DNA from: Centroscyllium fabricii
Taxonomy: Eukaryota
Length of the DNA stretch: 64,000 nucleotides
Assembly (NCBI GenBank): GCA_051313645.2
Contig: JBNRSN020000017.1
Coordinates: forward strand, 15,376,001 to 15,440,000
Reading direction: 5' to 3'
Shown here: piece after piece, positions 61,977 to 64,000 of the stretch
Layout: each line of letters starts with the position of its first letter
Position numbering within the stretch: the stretch's first letter is position 1
The notes under the pieces: generated by a model
What the model was told of the DNA's origin: nothing
Seen by the model: only the letters and a program-made list of their open reading frames with translations
The model's database searches: none
Program-made: the position numbers and the translations under genes

Positions 61977-62809
61977 GGGAATGGTAGCATAATGGTTACA
62001 TTACTAGACTAGTAATCTAGAGGCCTGGACTAATGATTCAGAGATGTGAGTTCAAATCCTACCACAGCAGCTGGGGAATTTAAATTCAGTTAATTAAATA
62101 AATCTGGAATTAAAAAGCTAGTATCAGTAATGGTGACCATGAAACTATTGGATTGTTGTAAAAACCCATCTGGTTCACTCATGTCCTTTAAGGCAGTGGT
62201 CCCCAACCGGGCCGCGGAAGGATTTGCGCTTCCTCCTTTAAACAACGCTTTTTTTTGGACCTGGACCGCTTGTTTCCGTCTGTGCCTCATTTAACGATGC
62301 ACAGACGGAAGCCGTTTAACGAGGCACAGACGTAAGCGGTGAAAAAAAAGGCGTTCGAGGCACAGACGCGTTTTGTTATGCCGCTTGATTGCTTGAACTT
62401 GATTCCCTCCCCACGCACCCCCGCCAGCACCCCCCGCCAGCACCCCCCGCCAGCACCCCCCCATCGCCCGCCAGCATCCCCCCCCCCCCCGCCGGGCCGC
62501 GAAAAAATTGCGAACCTCAAAATGGGCCGCGGAGCAAAAAAGGTTGGGGACCCCCTGCTTTAAGGAAGGAAATCTGCTGCCCGTACCCGGTCTGGCCTAT
62601 ATGTGATTCCAGACCCACAGCAATGTGGTTGACTCTTAACTGCCCTTGAAATGGCCGAGCAAGTCACTCAGTTGTAAAAAAACAGCGACAAAAAGCAATA
62701 CCACACAAATTGCAGCAGTTCAAGAAGGCGGCTCAACGCCACCTTCTCAAGGGCAACTAGGGATGGGCAATAAATGCCAGCCTTGCCCACATCCCATGAA
62801 CAAATAAAA
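61977..62809 (+). mobile_element. tRNA-derived SINE with the tail of the 11532-14030 LINE family, split by a hAT MITE
   Basis: A-box-like tagcataatgg, B box gttcaaatcc, tail gggcaactagggatgggcaataaatgcc. Confidence 0.75.
62194..62557. mobile_element. hAT (Buster/Charlie-type) MITE, 364 bp
   Basis: TIRs cagtggtccccaacc / ggttggggaccccctg; 8-bp TSD cttTAagg. Confidence 0.92.
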
Positions 62810-64000
62810 CTACCCTCTAATCTTTCTACCAATTACTTTAAATCTGTGCCCCCTAGTTATTGAACTTTCTGCTAAGGGAAATAGGCCCCTCATAATTTTA
62901 TACACCTCAGTTAAGTCTCCCCTTAGCCGCCTCTGTTCCAAAGAAAACCACCCCAGCCTATCCAATCTTTCCTCATAGCTAAAATTCTCCAGCCTTGGCA
63001 ACGTCCTCGTAAATCTCATCTGCACCCTCTCTAGTGCAATCACATCCTTCATATAAGGCATCAGAACTGTACAGAAATAGGCCCTACTCTTTTAGTTATT
63101 CTTTTGCTCTTTATGTATTTATAAAATATCTTTGTGTTTTCTTTGATTTTGCTTGCCAATATTTTTTCATGCCCTCTCTTTGCTTTCCTAATTTCCTTTT
63201 AAATTTCACCCTTGCACTTTCTGTACTCCTCTCGGCTTTCTGCAGTGTATAGCTCTCGGTATCTCACACTGTATAAGCTTCCCTTTTTTGCCTTATCCTA
63301 CCCTGTATGCCCCATGACATCTAAGGGGCTCTAGATTTGGGAATCCTACCCTTTTTCTTTGTGGGAACATATTTGCTCTGAACTGTCACTATCTCCTCCT
63401 TGAATGATGCTGTGACACTGATTTACCGGTGCGGTGGCACAGTGGTTAGCACTGCTGTCTCACAGCACTGGAGACCCGGGTTCAAATCCAGCCTCGGGTA
63501 CTATCTGTGTGGAGTTTGCACATTCTCCCCGTGTCTGCGTGGGTTTCCTCCGGGTGCTCCGGTTTCCTCCCACAGTCCAAAGATGTGCGGGTTAGGTTGA
63601 TTGGCCATGATAAATTGACCCTTAGTGTTAGGGGGATTGAATATGTGGGGTTACGGCGATAGGGTGGGATATGTGTCGGTGCAGGCTCGACAGGGATATG
63701 GGGAGAGGGCAGGGGCGGGGTACTGGGTTTGGATGATCAGCCATGATCTCATTGAATGGCGGAGCAGGCTCGAAGGGCCGAATGGCCTACTCCTGCTCCT
63801 TGTTTCTACCTTCAAGCAGCTGTTTCCAGTCCGTTTTTTACTAAATCACATCTCAGCTTATTAAAATCGGCCTTTCCTCAAGTTTACTCCTGGTCTATCT
63901 TTGTCCTTTTCCATAATTACACTAAATTGTACTGAATTATGATCACTACCACCAAAATGCTCTCCCCTTCCACCTGTCCAGCTTCATTACCTAAAACTAT
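62810..64000 (-). mobile_element. CR1 fragments
   Basis: LERVQMRFTR..RRLRGDL..TRGHRFK, plus degenerate upstream ORF2 sequence. Confidence 0.7.
63428..63808 (+). mobile_element. V-SINE (HE1-like)
   Basis: Near copy of 11134-11531. Confidence 0.9.

Overview
This is a repeat-dense vertebrate genomic window, most likely from a cartilaginous fish (it carries HE1-type V-SINEs with CR1/HER1-type tails). It has a 200-N gap at 1077-1276. Most of it is nested transposable elements: an intact, very young chromodomain Gypsy of the Tf1/sushi type (2331-8003); two young related Gypsy elements on the minus strand (38840-43702, 54118-58891) plus two solo LTRs of the same group; a deleted Mag-like Gypsy; a two-gene Harbinger and a non-autonomous Harbinger; PIF and hAT MITEs; an Academ fragment; Penelope-like pieces with hammerhead motifs, one a perfect 388-bp palindrome; a 5S-rRNA-derived SINE; and many CR1/L2 fragments. 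The only host-gene signal is the 5' end of a minus-strand gene: an Ets/IRF-type promoter, a signal-peptide exon and a 21-nt micro-exon split by a MITE. Its promoter is duplicated 22.8 kb away. The top observation concerns the two minus-strand Gypsy elements. They lack a tRNA primer-binding site and instead carry a co-varying sequence complementary to their own poly(A)-signal region, and both have a YLDN reverse-transcriptase motif. All calls are by eye; no database search was run.
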